This document shows, piece by piece, positions 24,991-41,404 of a stretch of DNA of 64,000 nt. The first letter of the stretch is position 1; every line of letters starts with the position of its first letter. The translations under genes and the position numbers were made by a program. The notes beneath the pieces were generated by a model. The model searched no databases, was not told the origin of the DNA, and was given only the letters and a program-made list of their open reading frames with translations. Source of the stretch: Monosiga brevicollis MX1 (lineage: Eukaryota); contig NW_001865090.1 in the NCBI RefSeq assembly GCF_000002865.3, positions 1 to 64,000 of the forward strand, written 5' to 3'.

Positions 24991-26049
24991 AAGAGCAGTG
25001 GGGATCACCACAAACGGTAAACTGATGTCTTCTCTGTTCTTATATATGACTTTATGTAGTTTTGTTAACACTTGCCGTTTATTTTCATGTAGATTTTGGA
25101 GGACTTTGTGTGGCTTTTTTAATCAAGCAGCGATGCTGAATCATCTCTCCCCTCCAATTTAAAGATGTTAAGGATCGAGCGCCACGTTTCTATTTTATAA
25201 TACCCCTCCAAAGTTGTTGCTCAGTGCGATATGTGCATGCATGCATGTAGTGCGGATGCAAGCCCAACCCGACGCGGGGCGACGGTCACCCTTGCAAGGG
25301 CTCCGTTGGCCTGGCCGGAGGGTGGAAGGCGCGATCTGCAGGTGGCGGGCGTGGTGGAGACAGGTGGAGTTGGTGAAAGAGCCACATGTTTCCATATCCA
25401 ATTGACAGCAATACTGTTCTATCTGAAATCACCTTGTCTTTGTGCGCAAAGGCGCAAGGGGCTGGTCAAACTGGTGAGCAGCGCGACTGCAGTCGCGGGC
25501 GGACAATACAGTACATGAGAAACAGCGACTTGCAACGAAGCAAGCTTTACCGAGGCTGACCCTTCGTTGCCCGTGGCATGCGATACCACCCGTTCCACAC
25601 AAGGAGACAAAATATAGGACAGACTCGGCCCACAAGCAACTCCTGGCTTCACCTCCCCAGAGCTCTTTCCTTCTCGCGCTCCATTCCTTCTTGCCCCATA
25701 AATGCGCGCAAGGCCCCTTGATTCAGGGGTTGATTTCTCTCAGTGGCCACAATACTTGCGAAGAGCGCATCATCCTCTGCTTTCAGCCCTACCCGCGCCA
25801 GTCACGCGCCGCCTCTGCAGTGAGCGAAAGCGCGCATTACGCATCCCAACAAAAGACGAACAATCGCCGGTAAGGCGGCATGAGTGTCTTCCACCTGGTC
25901 CCGCCGTCAAGCTGCACCTCCCATGCGTGATGACACCAAGACACCTCACGCGCTCTCGCTGCCCATTTTGTTATCCTCTGCATCGTTCCGCCATCAACCT
26001 CATCTCTCGCACCAACAGATGGGATTACGCCTGCCGGATACTTCTAGCC

Positions 26050-29533
<3,484 letters not shown>

Positions 29534-29945
29534 ACCAAGAGACAACCGCTTGGATGCCGAATTAGCCTCCAATGACTGGAGCAGAGTGACACCGTCTGCG
29601 ACGGGTCACCCAGCCATCTCCTTGCAAGACTACAGCCCAAAGCATGCCCCACGTTCGCTCTTTTTCTCCAGAGTCTCTCGAGCCACCTTTCCCTCCTGAG
29701 CACGGGCACCGCCAGGCAAACTCGATAGAAATTGATTTCGTTTCCAAATCCCAAAGTCCTTCATGATGCGGTTGATAAACACTTGTTGAATGCTTATTAT
29801 CAATACATGCAGATCTGAAAGTAATTTGGCTTGATTTACCTCCAAGTTCTTGATGAGTTATTGTCGTTGATACAACTGTTATTGCTGTGACACCATTGTT
29901 GGTATTTTTTTTTCTCTTTCGCGAAGATTTTGAGCGCTGAGCAGG

Positions 29946-31443
29946 ATGGCAGCCAAGCGAGTTATTATCACGGGTATGTCATGGCAGCTCGTGGCGCACC
30001 AGGAAGGGTAGTTGGCGCACCGAATGGTGCATGATTTTGCAACGATCGTGCCTCATGGCAGCAACGGTTTCACCGCGTGCTCTTTTAGGCGGATCCAGTG
30101 GCATTGGGGCATCGCTGGCGCGCATGCTCGGCCAGCAGGGCTGCCATGTCTTTATCACGGGTCGCAATGCCGCATCCCTTCAAACTGTGGCCGATGAAGT
30201 CCTGGCGGCAGGTGCTGCCTCGGCTCACGTGTCTGTCGGTGATGTGAGCAACGAGGCGGATGTCTCCCGGTATGCTGTGCCCCCTTTTCGCACCAAACGC
30301 CGCTGTCCCGCCCCCCGCCCCCACCAGAGAGCACATGGCTAACCTTGCTCTTTATTCCATGTGGCCCAGCCAGTACCAAGAGGCTGTTGAAAAGATTGGT
30401 GGGGTTGATGTTCTCGTGGCCAACGCCGGTACGTGGCTAGTTGCGCTGCGCGCCACGCTCAAAGCCAGTGGGCTCTGACGGTTTCGTGTTGAAACTGTCT
30501 GTTTTGGCGAGATTCTCAGCGTTCACATGGTTGAACTTTAGGCTGTGGTGGGGGCAGCTCGCGGGTTGAGGACCTGTCAGTTGAGATGTATGACCGCATG
30601 TTCAATGCCAACGTGCGAGGCGTCTACCTCTGGCTGCAGCAGGTGGGTCACGGGCTAGGGAAAATCCGTATCGGTCGTGCCTTTAGCCGGGCACTCGTCG
30701 CTCACAGATTTCATTTCTTGCATTTACCGAGACGTAGGTACTGCCAGCCATGCGGGCACAAAGTGCGGGTCAAGTTGTCATCACGTCCTCTGTCGCTGGA
30801 TTGCGCGCTTGTCCTCATGGAGCTGTGTATTCCGCCTCCAAATGGGCCATTACGGTATGGCTGGCTACCTGTAGCATCCCCATTCTTGTTTGAAGTACGC
30901 CGTGCTGATGCATCAAAGCTGACGCGCTGATCTGTGCGTGCTCCTCTTGAAATCTGGACCCGCCGGGAACAACGGGTTTGTGAACTCGGCCTTTCTATAG
31001 GGCCTGGCTCTCGCCGTTCGTCGTGAGCTTGAAGGCTCGGGTGTCAAGGTAGGCTTTTCACGTGGGCTGTGCGATGTGTCACGCACATCACTGAAAAGAA
31101 ACGCTGGAAAAAAAAAATTTTTTTCTTTCTCACCACTGTGCTGCCTGGATGGCGCTGCTACTGCAAAATGTGCAGCTGGCAACCATCAACCCGGGAGCAG
31201 TTGACACGCCTTGGTGGTCAGAGGTATGGACGGCACAGACCTGGCATGGCAAATCACCCCAACCACCGCTTGCCTCACGATCTACTTTGTGCCTTGCTCT
31301 ATCCGCAGCCAACGCGAGGGGGCAAGCGTGACAAGCCAGCGCCGACGCGCATGCTCAAGCCAGAAGATGTGGCTGCCTCAATCATGCACATCATCAACCA
31401 GCCTGCAACCTCAAACATTGAAATGCTGTCCCTGGATCCCTAA
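29946..31443 (+). CDS. Short-chain dehydrogenase/reductase (classical SDR); multi-exon
   Basis: VIITG|GSSGIG, VDVLVANAG, NVRG, ITSSVAG, catalytic YSASK, INPGAVDT. Confidence 0.93.
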
Positions 31444-31759
31444 AAACATGCACCCTTTTTCAAAACTTGCGCTGCTCTCCTTGACATTTGAGCTTGACCT
31501 GGTGCCAATGACCCCCCTTCCTTGCCACCATAAATGCATCCAGCCACGATACGCGCGCTCACACGGACAAGGCGGCGAAACACTCGCCCAGGCACGATGG
31601 AAGCCAGAGACAAAAGTCGCCATCAACAAGAGAGAGAGCGAGAGAGAGAATCGGTTAGAGAGAAAGGAAAGGCATAAGCAGAGAGAGTAAATTGTCATCA
31701 CTTTTGTATCTCAGCATCAAGAGAGGAGTTGATGTGATGATGTCGTGAACGATACACGA

Positions 31760-31760
31760 G

Positions 31761-31795
<35 letters not shown>

Positions 31796-31919
31796 GGTGC
31801 TGCCTACTACTACCATTGCTGCTGCTGCTACTACACTACTACCACTGCTGCTGCTACTACTACACTACTACTACTGCTGCTGGTGCTCCTACACTACTAC
31901 TGCTGCTGCTACTACTACA

Positions 31920-31955
<36 letters not shown>

Positions 31956-32088
31956 GTGCCGGTGCTACCTACTACTACCACTGCTGCTGCTGCTACTACA
32001 CTACTACCACTGCTGCTGCTACTACTACACTACTACTACCACTACCACTGCTGCTACTGCTCCTACACTACTACTGCTGCTGGTGCTG
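31760..32088. repeat. Compound CTG/CTA trinucleotide repeat with a higher-order duplication of about 165-170 nt
   Basis: The block gccggtgct.cctactactacca...gctcctacactactactgctgctg occurs twice. Confidence 0.9.
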
Positions 32089-32229
32089 TGGATGAAGGAA
32101 CGTGCGGCTAAATTTTAGGTGCTGGACACATGCTGTTGGCGGTGAAGAGACGTGCGGCTGGACTTTTGGTGCTGGTTGGTGGTGGAACCCATTCGGCTTT
32201 GACATCTTCGGGTGTCGACGAGGGCCGCC

Positions 32230-34198
32230 ATGTCCCGGGTCGGCTTGGACAACCTGGCTGGTAGCCAGAGCTGTTATGTCAACGCCATGGTTCAGGTACT
32301 GCGCGACCGCACACCCATAGAGTCTTTTGCCACTCACAGCTTCTGTGTTGACACTCTCACTGCACTTGTATTGCACGCAGCTCTTGTATGCCCTGACACC
32401 GTTTAGATCGGCCATTGCTGCAGCCCCACACCGCTGTGGTTCTACCGTGCGGGCCAAGGCATGCGTTCTGTGCGCGCTCCGCGATGTGTTCGAGGGCATG
32501 GATGCCGCTGCTGCCTGTCTTGATAGCGATGAACCGGTCCCGGCGTCCACCAGTCGCCTGCGCCGCGCGCTCGCCATGTCATATGCCCACGTCCATCGCT
32601 TTCAGCTCAACACCACCGACGATGCAGCCGATGCCCTAGACGCGACCTTTGTCCACATTCACCTCGCCGCCACGGGAGACGCTCTTCCCACTAGTAGCCG
32701 ACAAGACAAACTTCGCCTCTCCCAACTACCTGCCTGCGCCCTAGCCAACTGCCCAGCCCACGCTTGCTTTGGCTTCTCCCTTGCTACCAAGGCGTGTATT
32801 TGTCCCGACGCTCTCGACCCTCCAGCCCTTGTCGCGTGATGTGCCTCGCAGCTAACTCTTGTGTCTCCCCGCTTGACCTTGCCCCAGGTGGTTTGCCCGT
32901 GCGGCGCACAGTCCAGCCCCACGCCCTATCATGCCGGAATGCTGACAGTATTGGCTGCCAGCGTCATGGATGAATTTCGGCAGGACCGTACACGGCGCTT
33001 TGGAGTGGCACTCAAACGTAGCATGATCCAAGATGGTCACTTAGCCTGCGGCTATACGCATTGTACAGCTTCCCCTTCCAGACGCCATCAAGCGACGACA
33101 CTTCGCGCCGCCCCTCCATTTCTCAACCTTGCTCTTACCTGGTCCGAAGCCGCCGCTTCCTCTCAAGACCTGGACCTGCTGCTGAGCAGCATAGACTTTC
33201 GTCTCTATCCTAGCGACCTCTTTGACCACGTCGAGCTTGGTGGCACAGCTACACAGCCCATCGCCTACGAACTTACGGGCCTGTTGGTCTATGGGAGCTC
33301 CCACCACTTGGCCATCGTTCGTGGCAAACAGGATGTCTGGTGGCTCTGTGATGACCATCGTACCCAACACCTGGGTTTTTGGCCTGAAGTCAAGTCCTTC
33401 ATCGAGAGCAGGCACTATCAGCCCATCCTCCTGACGTACGCCCGAGTCGATAATCTGCCCCCGGACCAGGATGGTGCCATTCGCTCGGAATCCAACCCGC
33501 TCCAGCAGAAGGCAAACTTGGCCATCAGCGCATCAGCCGATGACCTTGGCCACGTTCTTCGCTTCATGTCGCACAATCCCCAAGAAGCTCCACTCGCTCA
33601 CGCCAGTCGACCAACCTTTCCCGCCAACAGCAACCCACGACCAGCAGGGCCTCCCTCATACGCAACACCCCTCACTCAGAGCGCAAATCAACATCACTAC
33701 CCCCCGCCCATGCCCAACACCACCACGTCAGCCATGCCGCTGCCGCCCGAGGGGTATAGTCCCTTGGCTTCAAATCACACCCATGGTTACATCCCGCCCC
33801 ACGCGCCCGTGCATCACCATCAGTACCATGGCCCTGGTCCCGTTCCATCCAGACCCCCTGCGCAGTCGCTCGACCGACCGTTTGATAACGCCCCAGCTGA
33901 CCACTCGTATCCTCCTCAAGCCCATACTCCGCAGGCCTATCCTCCACAGGCCTATCCCTACAATCCTCCACAGACCCATCCCCACGATCCTCCACAGGCT
34001 TATCCCTACAATCCTCCACAAGCTTATCCTCCACAAGCCCACCCTTCACAAGCCCATTCTCCACAAGCTTATCCTCCACAAGCCTATCCTCCACAAGCTT
34101 ATCCTTCACAAGCTTATCCTTCACAAGCCCATCCTCCACAAGCTTATCCTCCACAAGCTCCGTCGCCGCACGGCCGACCATGGAGCCAGCAGCCATGA
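32230..34198 (+). CDS. USP53/USP54-family deubiquitinase with a C-terminal PQAYP repeat tail; 3 exons
   Basis: Cys box GLDNLAGSQSCYVNAMVQ, HRC..CVLCALR, LRRALA..HRFQLNTTDDAADAL, C..HACF, His box YELTGLLVYGSSHH..WWLCDD..LGFWPEV..HYQPILLTY. Confidence 0.85.
33908..34160 (+). repeat. 15-nt-based coding repeat (TATCCTCCACAAGCT variants) encoding YPPQA
   Basis: About 15 degenerate YPPQA/HPPQA/NPPQA units. Confidence 0.9.
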
Positions 34199-34390
34199 CC
34201 GGGAACAGTTTCGCTTGCCCACTATACACCAAGTCGCCACACTTGAAACTTCACCATGCAATTCATTTGAAAAGCCACCATGCCGACTCCAAAGCCGAGG
34301 CACTCTTCTTTTTAAAACATTTCTTGTCTTATCACGTCACTTGCTCTTCTTTCTGCACAAACGTGGCCTAGGCATGCATTTCCTATGACC

Positions 34391-37300
34391 TCAGGCCTTC
34401 TCCAACAAAGCTAAGACTTCCTTGCTCTTCTATGCATGATGGCAAGACCACGGACCATAGCCAAAGTGAGACTGTGATCTAAGCATCAAGACAAATCCGG
34501 CAGGGCGCCTGAACAATACCAGCCATACCTTGAGTGTGAGCAGCAGGTTGTCATGGGCAGCCGCAGCAGCAGGTGCAACGGGCCCCCGTCGACTCTTTTG
34601 AGCTACCTGGGCCTTGCGCTAAGCAGAACAAAATCAAACCGGATTCAAAGGCAAATGCAAAGATGAGCACAAGCCCGTAGCAATGCAGCCTGAGTTGAAT
34701 CAACACATAAAGCTGCGAGCGAAAGCGTTCCCAAGAGCAAACGCACCTCAAGCAAGCGCACAATACCGTTAAAGCGCGCGACAGCGGGGGCATTCTGCTT
34801 CAACAAAGCACAACGTGTGGCATCCTGACAGCAGGAGAGCAAAAGATCGCAGGCAGGAAAGAAAATGCTGTCCTTGTCGCGATACATCTGCAGCAACTCG
34901 ACAAGTACCACCATGCTCTCTGTGGTTGTAAAAGTTGCACTTCGTGTTGAGGCATGTTGAAACAAGTGTTGGAAGATGGCCAAAGTGTACTCCAACAGGA
35001 CCATGTGGGGCTTGCTACGATTGCAAGCATTGACGAGCTCCATCAAAATACGCACGGCATCATCTTGCTCCACCAATTGCAGGCAACACTCTGGCGAGAG
35101 CTTGGTCACGATGCATAGCGTTTTTACGGCCTTGAGCACAAATGTCAGCTTTTGATGAGTCAACAAAATTTCAAGGGCACTACGAGCTCGGTTGCCGAGC
35201 TTCATGCACTCCTCGGTGTTTGCGGCGAGATAGCGCACGCGCTTGGCAATTTCCTTGAGCTTGCGGCTCATGGTTTTACGCGTCTGATAAGCACGCCAGC
35301 TGGCCTGGATGGAGGTGGCTGCACGGCTTTGACGAAGGATTTGCAAAGCCTCGCGTCGTTCTCGGAAAGCCCGCTGAATAGTAATGGCAGCCGCTTTTTG
35401 CCGAACAAGATGGCGCCGAGCGAGCCATCCCCGCACTACTGCCTGGGCACGGCACACTAGCTCAGCGTTGCGGGCATAGGCTCGAGCGGCCAACTCAGCA
35501 CGATACGCACGTCGTGCTAACATGCCACGCCACACGGCAACCAGTTTGGTGGCAGCTGCAACCTCCTGACGACGGCGACGCATGAGCGCGCGTGCATGCC
35601 AGCCACGATAGGCGGCTTGCAGGCACACAGCAGCCACACGCTGACGTTCCAGGGTGTCGCGCAACTCTCGCGCATGGCAACGTGCCATGAAGCCACGAAC
35701 CAGTGCATTGATTTTCGTTGCAGCAACATGTTGAACCCTTAGGCGCTGGGTCTGGCGACGAGCCATAAAGCCCCGCACGACGCGCTGAATCGTCAGCGAC
35801 GCCATCGTCTGCTGCTGGCGCTTCACACGCAAGCGCTGGGTCTGACGACGAGCCATAAAGCCCCGCACGACTCGCTGAATCGTCAGCGACGCCATCGTCT
35901 GCTGCTGGCGCTTCACACGCAAGCGCTGGGTCTGGCGACGAGCCATAAAGCCCCGCACGACTCGCTGAATCGTCAGCGACGCCATCGTCTGCTGCTGGCG
36001 CTTCACACGCAAGCGCTGGGTCTGACGACGAGCCATAAAGCCCCGCACGACGCGCTGAATCGTCAGCGACGCCATCGTCTGCTGCTGGCGCTTCACACGC
36101 AAGCGCTGGGTCTGACGACGAGCCATAAAGCCCCGCACGACGCGCTGAATCGTCAGCGACGCCATCGTCTGCTGCTGGCGCTCCACACGCAAGCGCTGGG
36201 TCTGACGACGAGCCATAAAGCCCCGCACGACGCGCTGAATCGTCAGCGACGCCATCGTCTGCTGCTTCTGTGCTTCAGCAGCAGTGGCTAAGCGACTGAA
36301 GGTACTGCTTGCGAGCCAAAAACATACGAACTTGAGACTGGAGTACGATGGCAGCACGCGCCTGTCGAAGAGCCTGGACTCGTCGTTGAGCCACCACTGC
36401 ACGATACGCTGACTGAAGCACCACCACTGCGCGCGTTTGCTGCTGCCATAACTTTGCACGAGCTTGGCGCGCTCTCTCACGAAAAATCCATTGTTTGAAG
36501 GCACGCTGCAAGCAGCATGCGGCTGTAAACTCCGCCAATTGGGAAGCTCGTGCTGCCTCACGTTGATGCAATACAGACTTCAGCTCGATGATCACGCTAT
36601 CAAACGCCGAGCGAGCGTGCATCTCTTGCCTTTTGAGAGCCATGATGGTTTGTCGCGCGTGCCAACCTCGCATCACACGCTGCAAGCACACCGCAGCTTG
36701 GTGCATGCCGAGGACGTGCTGGCGAGCCAAAAACATGCGTACAATGGCCTGAAGTCGCACGGCTGCCTCGTGTTTGTTAGCAAGGCTGGCGCGAGCCAGC
36801 GTGCCACGCCAAGCAGCCTGCAGCACAACTGCAGAAGTTCGCGCAGTCTGGTACTTGCGCTGGGCGTGATTCATACGCCACCAAGCAGCGATGCGAGTGG
36901 CTGCAATTGTGTTCCTGTTAGCTTCCAGTGCTGCCACCTGCTCTTTTCGACGCCACAGCCACGTACGCACGGCCTGCTGCAGAGTCCTGGCAGCTGCACG
37001 CTGCTTCAAAAATGTTTGCCGAGCTGAACGTCCCAGCAAAATGGCTTTCCAGCGTGACTGCAGTGCCATAGCCGCTGATTCTCGCTGGGCACAAGCCAAT
37101 GCAAACTGCTGTCGGGACAAGGCACCTCGCATGAAGTTTTGAATGTGGAGTACGCCAGTTCGCGTCTTGTGCCAGGCACAAGTGGCCGCACGAGCACGAA
37201 GGACGGCTTGAAGGCGTTGGATGCCATGCCGTACTGTGGAAAAGCGACGAGCGGCGAGCATGCAGCGAATATTGCTTTGAAGCACGATAGTAGCGGCACG

Positions 37301-40300
37301 CAACTGCTGAAAGTGTCGGCGCTGAATATGAGCTCGCCACCAAGTGGCAATCTGAGTCGTTGCTTGATGGCGGCGTTGCATCTCCTGGCGCGCGGCCCAC
37401 CCGAGTACCACAGCTTGGATGCGCGAAGCGGCTGTGTATTGTCGCTTTTGATGTTCACTAATTGCATGATCACAGGCCTTGGCGTGTGCCGCCTGACGAG
37501 CGGCTGTACGGCTGCGAACCAGGGCGTGCCACCAGCGCTGGATAACAAGCGCTGCACGCGCTTCCACGCTAATGTCGAGCAGACGCTTGGCCAAGTAGGC
37601 CACGTAAGCAATGACGACCTTCTCATCGGGCAGCGTCCCGCTCAATTCACTGGAGCGCGCAAGAAGAGGCACACCACCCATGGCTTTAATGGCCTGACTG
37701 AGCAGCTTGAAATTGTGTCGTTCATTGGCCAGCAATTGTTGGCGAGTGCGGCCGCCGAGCGTGTTGGTCCCCGGGCTGTAAGCGGCAGCAAATCCGTGTG
37801 CACCTTCTTCCAGGACAGCATGATCGTTGTCGTAAGTTGTGGCGGCCTCCTGCACCGTCAAGGTCGTTTCAAACTCCACGTCCTCCATGGCCAACAACTC
37901 GGGGTGGTAGTGATGAATCAATGCGCAGAGCACACGCCCATCGGAAAAAGAGCTAGCAAAGTTGCTCACAGGAACCTCATAGCGCAGTGTCACCAGGCGA
38001 GCCCACTGCAGAAGAAGAGTCAGGTGTGGTGAATTGACGTACATCTCTCCCTGTGAGACACGACGCTGCTCATCAAGCTGGCGGTAACTAGGATCACGCT
38101 TGAGTTGGGCAATCTCTTGAGTCAATCGCTCCGTGTCCACAATGTCGTGAATTTTGAAATGCAGAAGGATGCGCCAAAGCACATTGAGGGTCTGCTCACG
38201 ATGCCCAGCCACAACTGGGTTGATGGTAGATTCAAGAAGAAGACAGCCGTGGCGCTGCAAGCAGAAAAGGTGGCAAAATGTTCAGCATAAGAAAAGGTAA
38301 TGAGAGCTGGGGTGCACCGCGGGATGAAGCCTTGGGCCGTACCTTGAGCGTCTCAAAGACGGCTTTGACGTTATGGACCTTCTGGAGACGACTGATGGCT
38401 GGCGTGCGTAAGTTGGACATAAGGTCACTTGTCCCATCGCGCTGTGCAAGCAACAGCTCACACAGGTGGGCCAAGCGCACACCATCACGCAGGTCCTCAG
38501 CTAGATTAGTCACCTGTTTGGAACCAAACCCAGGTCAACCGGCATAACACGTTGTGAGTGAGTCGTAATGGCGGGCTTGGAAGACAAACTCTGAGGGCGT
38601 GGGTTTAAGCATTTACCTGAAAATTGTACTCATCCAGGTACGTCTGGCGAGATTGAACGACATAGCCGAGATAGCTGAGATGCTTGACAACGTCACCCTC
38701 TCCTTTGAGCAACTCCCGCGAAAGCAGGACCAAAAACTCGTTGGTCGCCTTCACTTCGCTTCCCTTGGCAAACATCAAACATTCAGGACCCAGCAGCTGA
38801 GCACTCTTGATCTACACAAACCCGACATCAATCAAAATCCAAGCAGGTATGACAGCGGAAATGAGTTGATGAGAAGCAAGTGCTCATGAACAGACATGCA
38901 ATAAATATGCAGCTTTTACATGGCCATCTGTGCTTAGCGGCACGTCTGAACGGGACACACAAACAAGCAAGCAAACAAGCAAGCAAGCACAGGTTTGATG
39001 GCACAGTGCCAGCTGCATATAACAGGAGTGGAACACCCATGAATCACCTGATCCAAAAAGAAGATCAGCGCCAGGTAACGCTTGAGCGTGTATTGTTTGA
39101 GTTGGGGTTCGAATTCCGCGGTGTAGGATCCAGGCACCGCGGGATGAGCATGTTGTGCGGCAAGCTCAGGGCTGAAGAGAAGTCGGTTAGCCAAAAAGCT
39201 GGCAAGCATACGACGTTGTCCATCATCGTCGTCTCGGGCAAAGGGGGCCAGGGAAACGCCGAAGACGGTTTCGATACCAAGTTGCAGATACGAGTTGGAG
39301 AAAGAGAGCAGGGCACCAATGATGGATTCGCGTAGACCCACATCGGCCCATGGGGCTCGATCCTCACGGATGGCAATGTGTCCCGACTCGATTTCACCGT
39401 TGACACGCTGCAGGACGTCTTGCACCGGTGCCGAAGTGAAGTGCGCCATGGCTCGACCCTGGTGTTGCAGCCAGCGCCGGCGCCGTTCAGAAGAGGGCAG
39501 CAGCTCGTCATCGCCAGCAAAGATATGGTTTAACCACCTGGACATCACGTCAAGTAGGCTGGTGAGTGACGGGTGCATACAGCGTTTTTGGGTGTGCAAT
39601 GAAGGTGTAAAACAGTCAAGATGTGGCGACCCACCGAGTAAAGCCGGCAGTCTGCTTCGTGGCCCAGTCGTCATCGTGATACATGTTTACAGCGGCAAAA
39701 ACGTTGTGGGCGGGTTTGGGTTGATCGCTCGGTTTTGCAGCACGCTTGAGCGAGAGCGATCGCATGGCCACGCCGACTGCAGGCTTGTCAGCTTCAGTGC
39801 TGGCACCAGACTTGAGACGGCGAATTGAGGCACGGGATTTAGCCCGCAAGAACGACTTGGCAGCGGGAATGGGGGCCTCGTTTTCTTTGGCCAGCTTTTC
39901 CTGCTGATCTTTGTTCTGTGGACGGCCGGCAGGGTGCATGAGACGAACGGCCGTATCGTAGAAGCATGAGCATGCGTTGCTCACCTTGCGACGAATTTCA
40001 TTTAGTGCCAGTTTGTTTTTGATTCGGCCTGTCTGTGGACTGATGCTCAGTCGTGGCTGGGGTGACGAGGTGCGGGGCTTTTGAATTCGAAAGCCCTGCG
40101 CGTGCGACTTGGGAACGGGCCGAGCCTTGTAAGACTTCTTGGGGCTAGGCACAAAAGCAATGCCCGTTGTCTTGATCTGATAGCGACGTCCCTCTACACA
40201 AGAGGGGCAAAAATGCGTGGTGCACATGTCAATGAGTGAGAGCGGTCCTCAACAAGGATGCGCGGGTTGGTGTGCAGGGGCTGTCACCACGAGCGACCCG

Positions 40301-40967
40301 GGGGCCTACCCGAGGAGAGATTAATGACAGCTCGCATGGCCTGGGATGAGGACATGCTGGGCGTCTGCCAGGAGATTTCCACGTCGACGGCATCGCGTGG
40401 GCCGATGAAAAAGACTTTCTCGCACCCATCATCCCTGTAGCAGTCGTTCGCAGCCCGAGCGTTGAGAACCAAGCATCGAAAAGCGGTGATGATTAAATTA
40501 CGAGAGGTGTAATCAAGGCCAACGTACGCGTTGTTGAGCTCAGGCCAGCTCAAACTAAGACCCTTGTTGGCAGTCATTCGGTCCACGGAGACGGTGACGC
40601 CGGCAAAGCTGGGATTTTCAACACGCAAGACTGCACAAGCCTGCTCCCCCATGTTGACCTGCGAAAAAGGCCGAGGGGGGCATGAGGCGTTCGAACATGG
40701 CTGCTGCTTCTGAAGAAGCCCAAAGCAAATTGAGGATGGAGACAAACAGTGTGTTTCACAGAAGAAAGTATGCATTACCTTGCCAAAGTCGACGGCTTCG
40801 GGGCACTGAGTTTCCGTGAGGATCAAGAGGACGGTGTCGCGAGCTGTGGGCGGTGAGGCCACGACCTGATCTTTGGCCTTTAAGCCTTGTGTTGGTGTCT
40901 TGGGCTCAGCACCATTGATGGTGCGCAAGGGGGACGATGCCCACGTGGCGCGTGGAACCGTCGCCAT
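34391..40967 (-). CDS. ASPM: Abnormal spindle/ASPM homolog (ASH-like N-terminus, CH domains, IQ array, Armadillo-like C-terminus); multi-exon
   Basis: [117 protein letters not shown], many IQ motifs, [17 protein letters not shown]. The last exon is tentative. Confidence 0.95.
35735..36270 (-). repeat. Six near-identical 90-nt tandem repeats, each encoding one 30-aa IQ unit
   Basis: agccataaag recurs at 35761, 35851, 35941, 36031, 36121 and 36211; unit [30 protein letters not shown]. Confidence 0.97.
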
Positions 40968-41092
40968 GGCGCAGGTTCGACTCGAACACGACGACGAGCG
41001 ATGCCGGCCGACGCTACGTGCGCATGAGACGTTGCCGGACGAGCGAGCGAAAATACCATCCAAAGCTCAAAATCGATCCAGAAACTTGTGTT

Positions 41093-41108
41093 TTCAAATT
41101 TTCCCGCC
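41093..41108 (-). promoter_or_regulatory. Putative E2F/CDE + CHR cell-cycle element (GGCGGG-AAAA-TTTGAA) upstream of ASPM
   Basis: The minus strand reads tcGGCGGGaaaaTTTGAAaa about 125-140 nt 5' of the ASPM ATG, with the 4-nt spacer typical of CDE/CHR. Confidence 0.55.
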
Positions 41109-41404
41109 GAAGTATCAAACGCCCTATATTTAGAAGACTTGGATACGGAATATAAATGAAGATGAATAAATCGCTCTATTCTTTTAGTAAATTGCGGATC
41201 GATGTCAGCAAAAGTGGAAATGTCAGCTTTTCTGGGGGGTTGGTAGATGCGATTTCTTGGCCACATCGGGGCGGCGATGTGCGGGTGTGGGGGGGGCTGT
41301 GTGGCTGTGGTGGTGGAGGCCGATTAAACGGCAGGGCATGGCAGAGGGCAAGCAAAATTGAAGATTGGTATGCTTCCATTTTCATCTTCTTTTTTTTGTT
41401 CGTT

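Noticed and set aside
35735..36270. Regular repeats as a possible CRISPR-like array
   Set aside because: Head-to-tail 90-nt coding units with no unique spacers.
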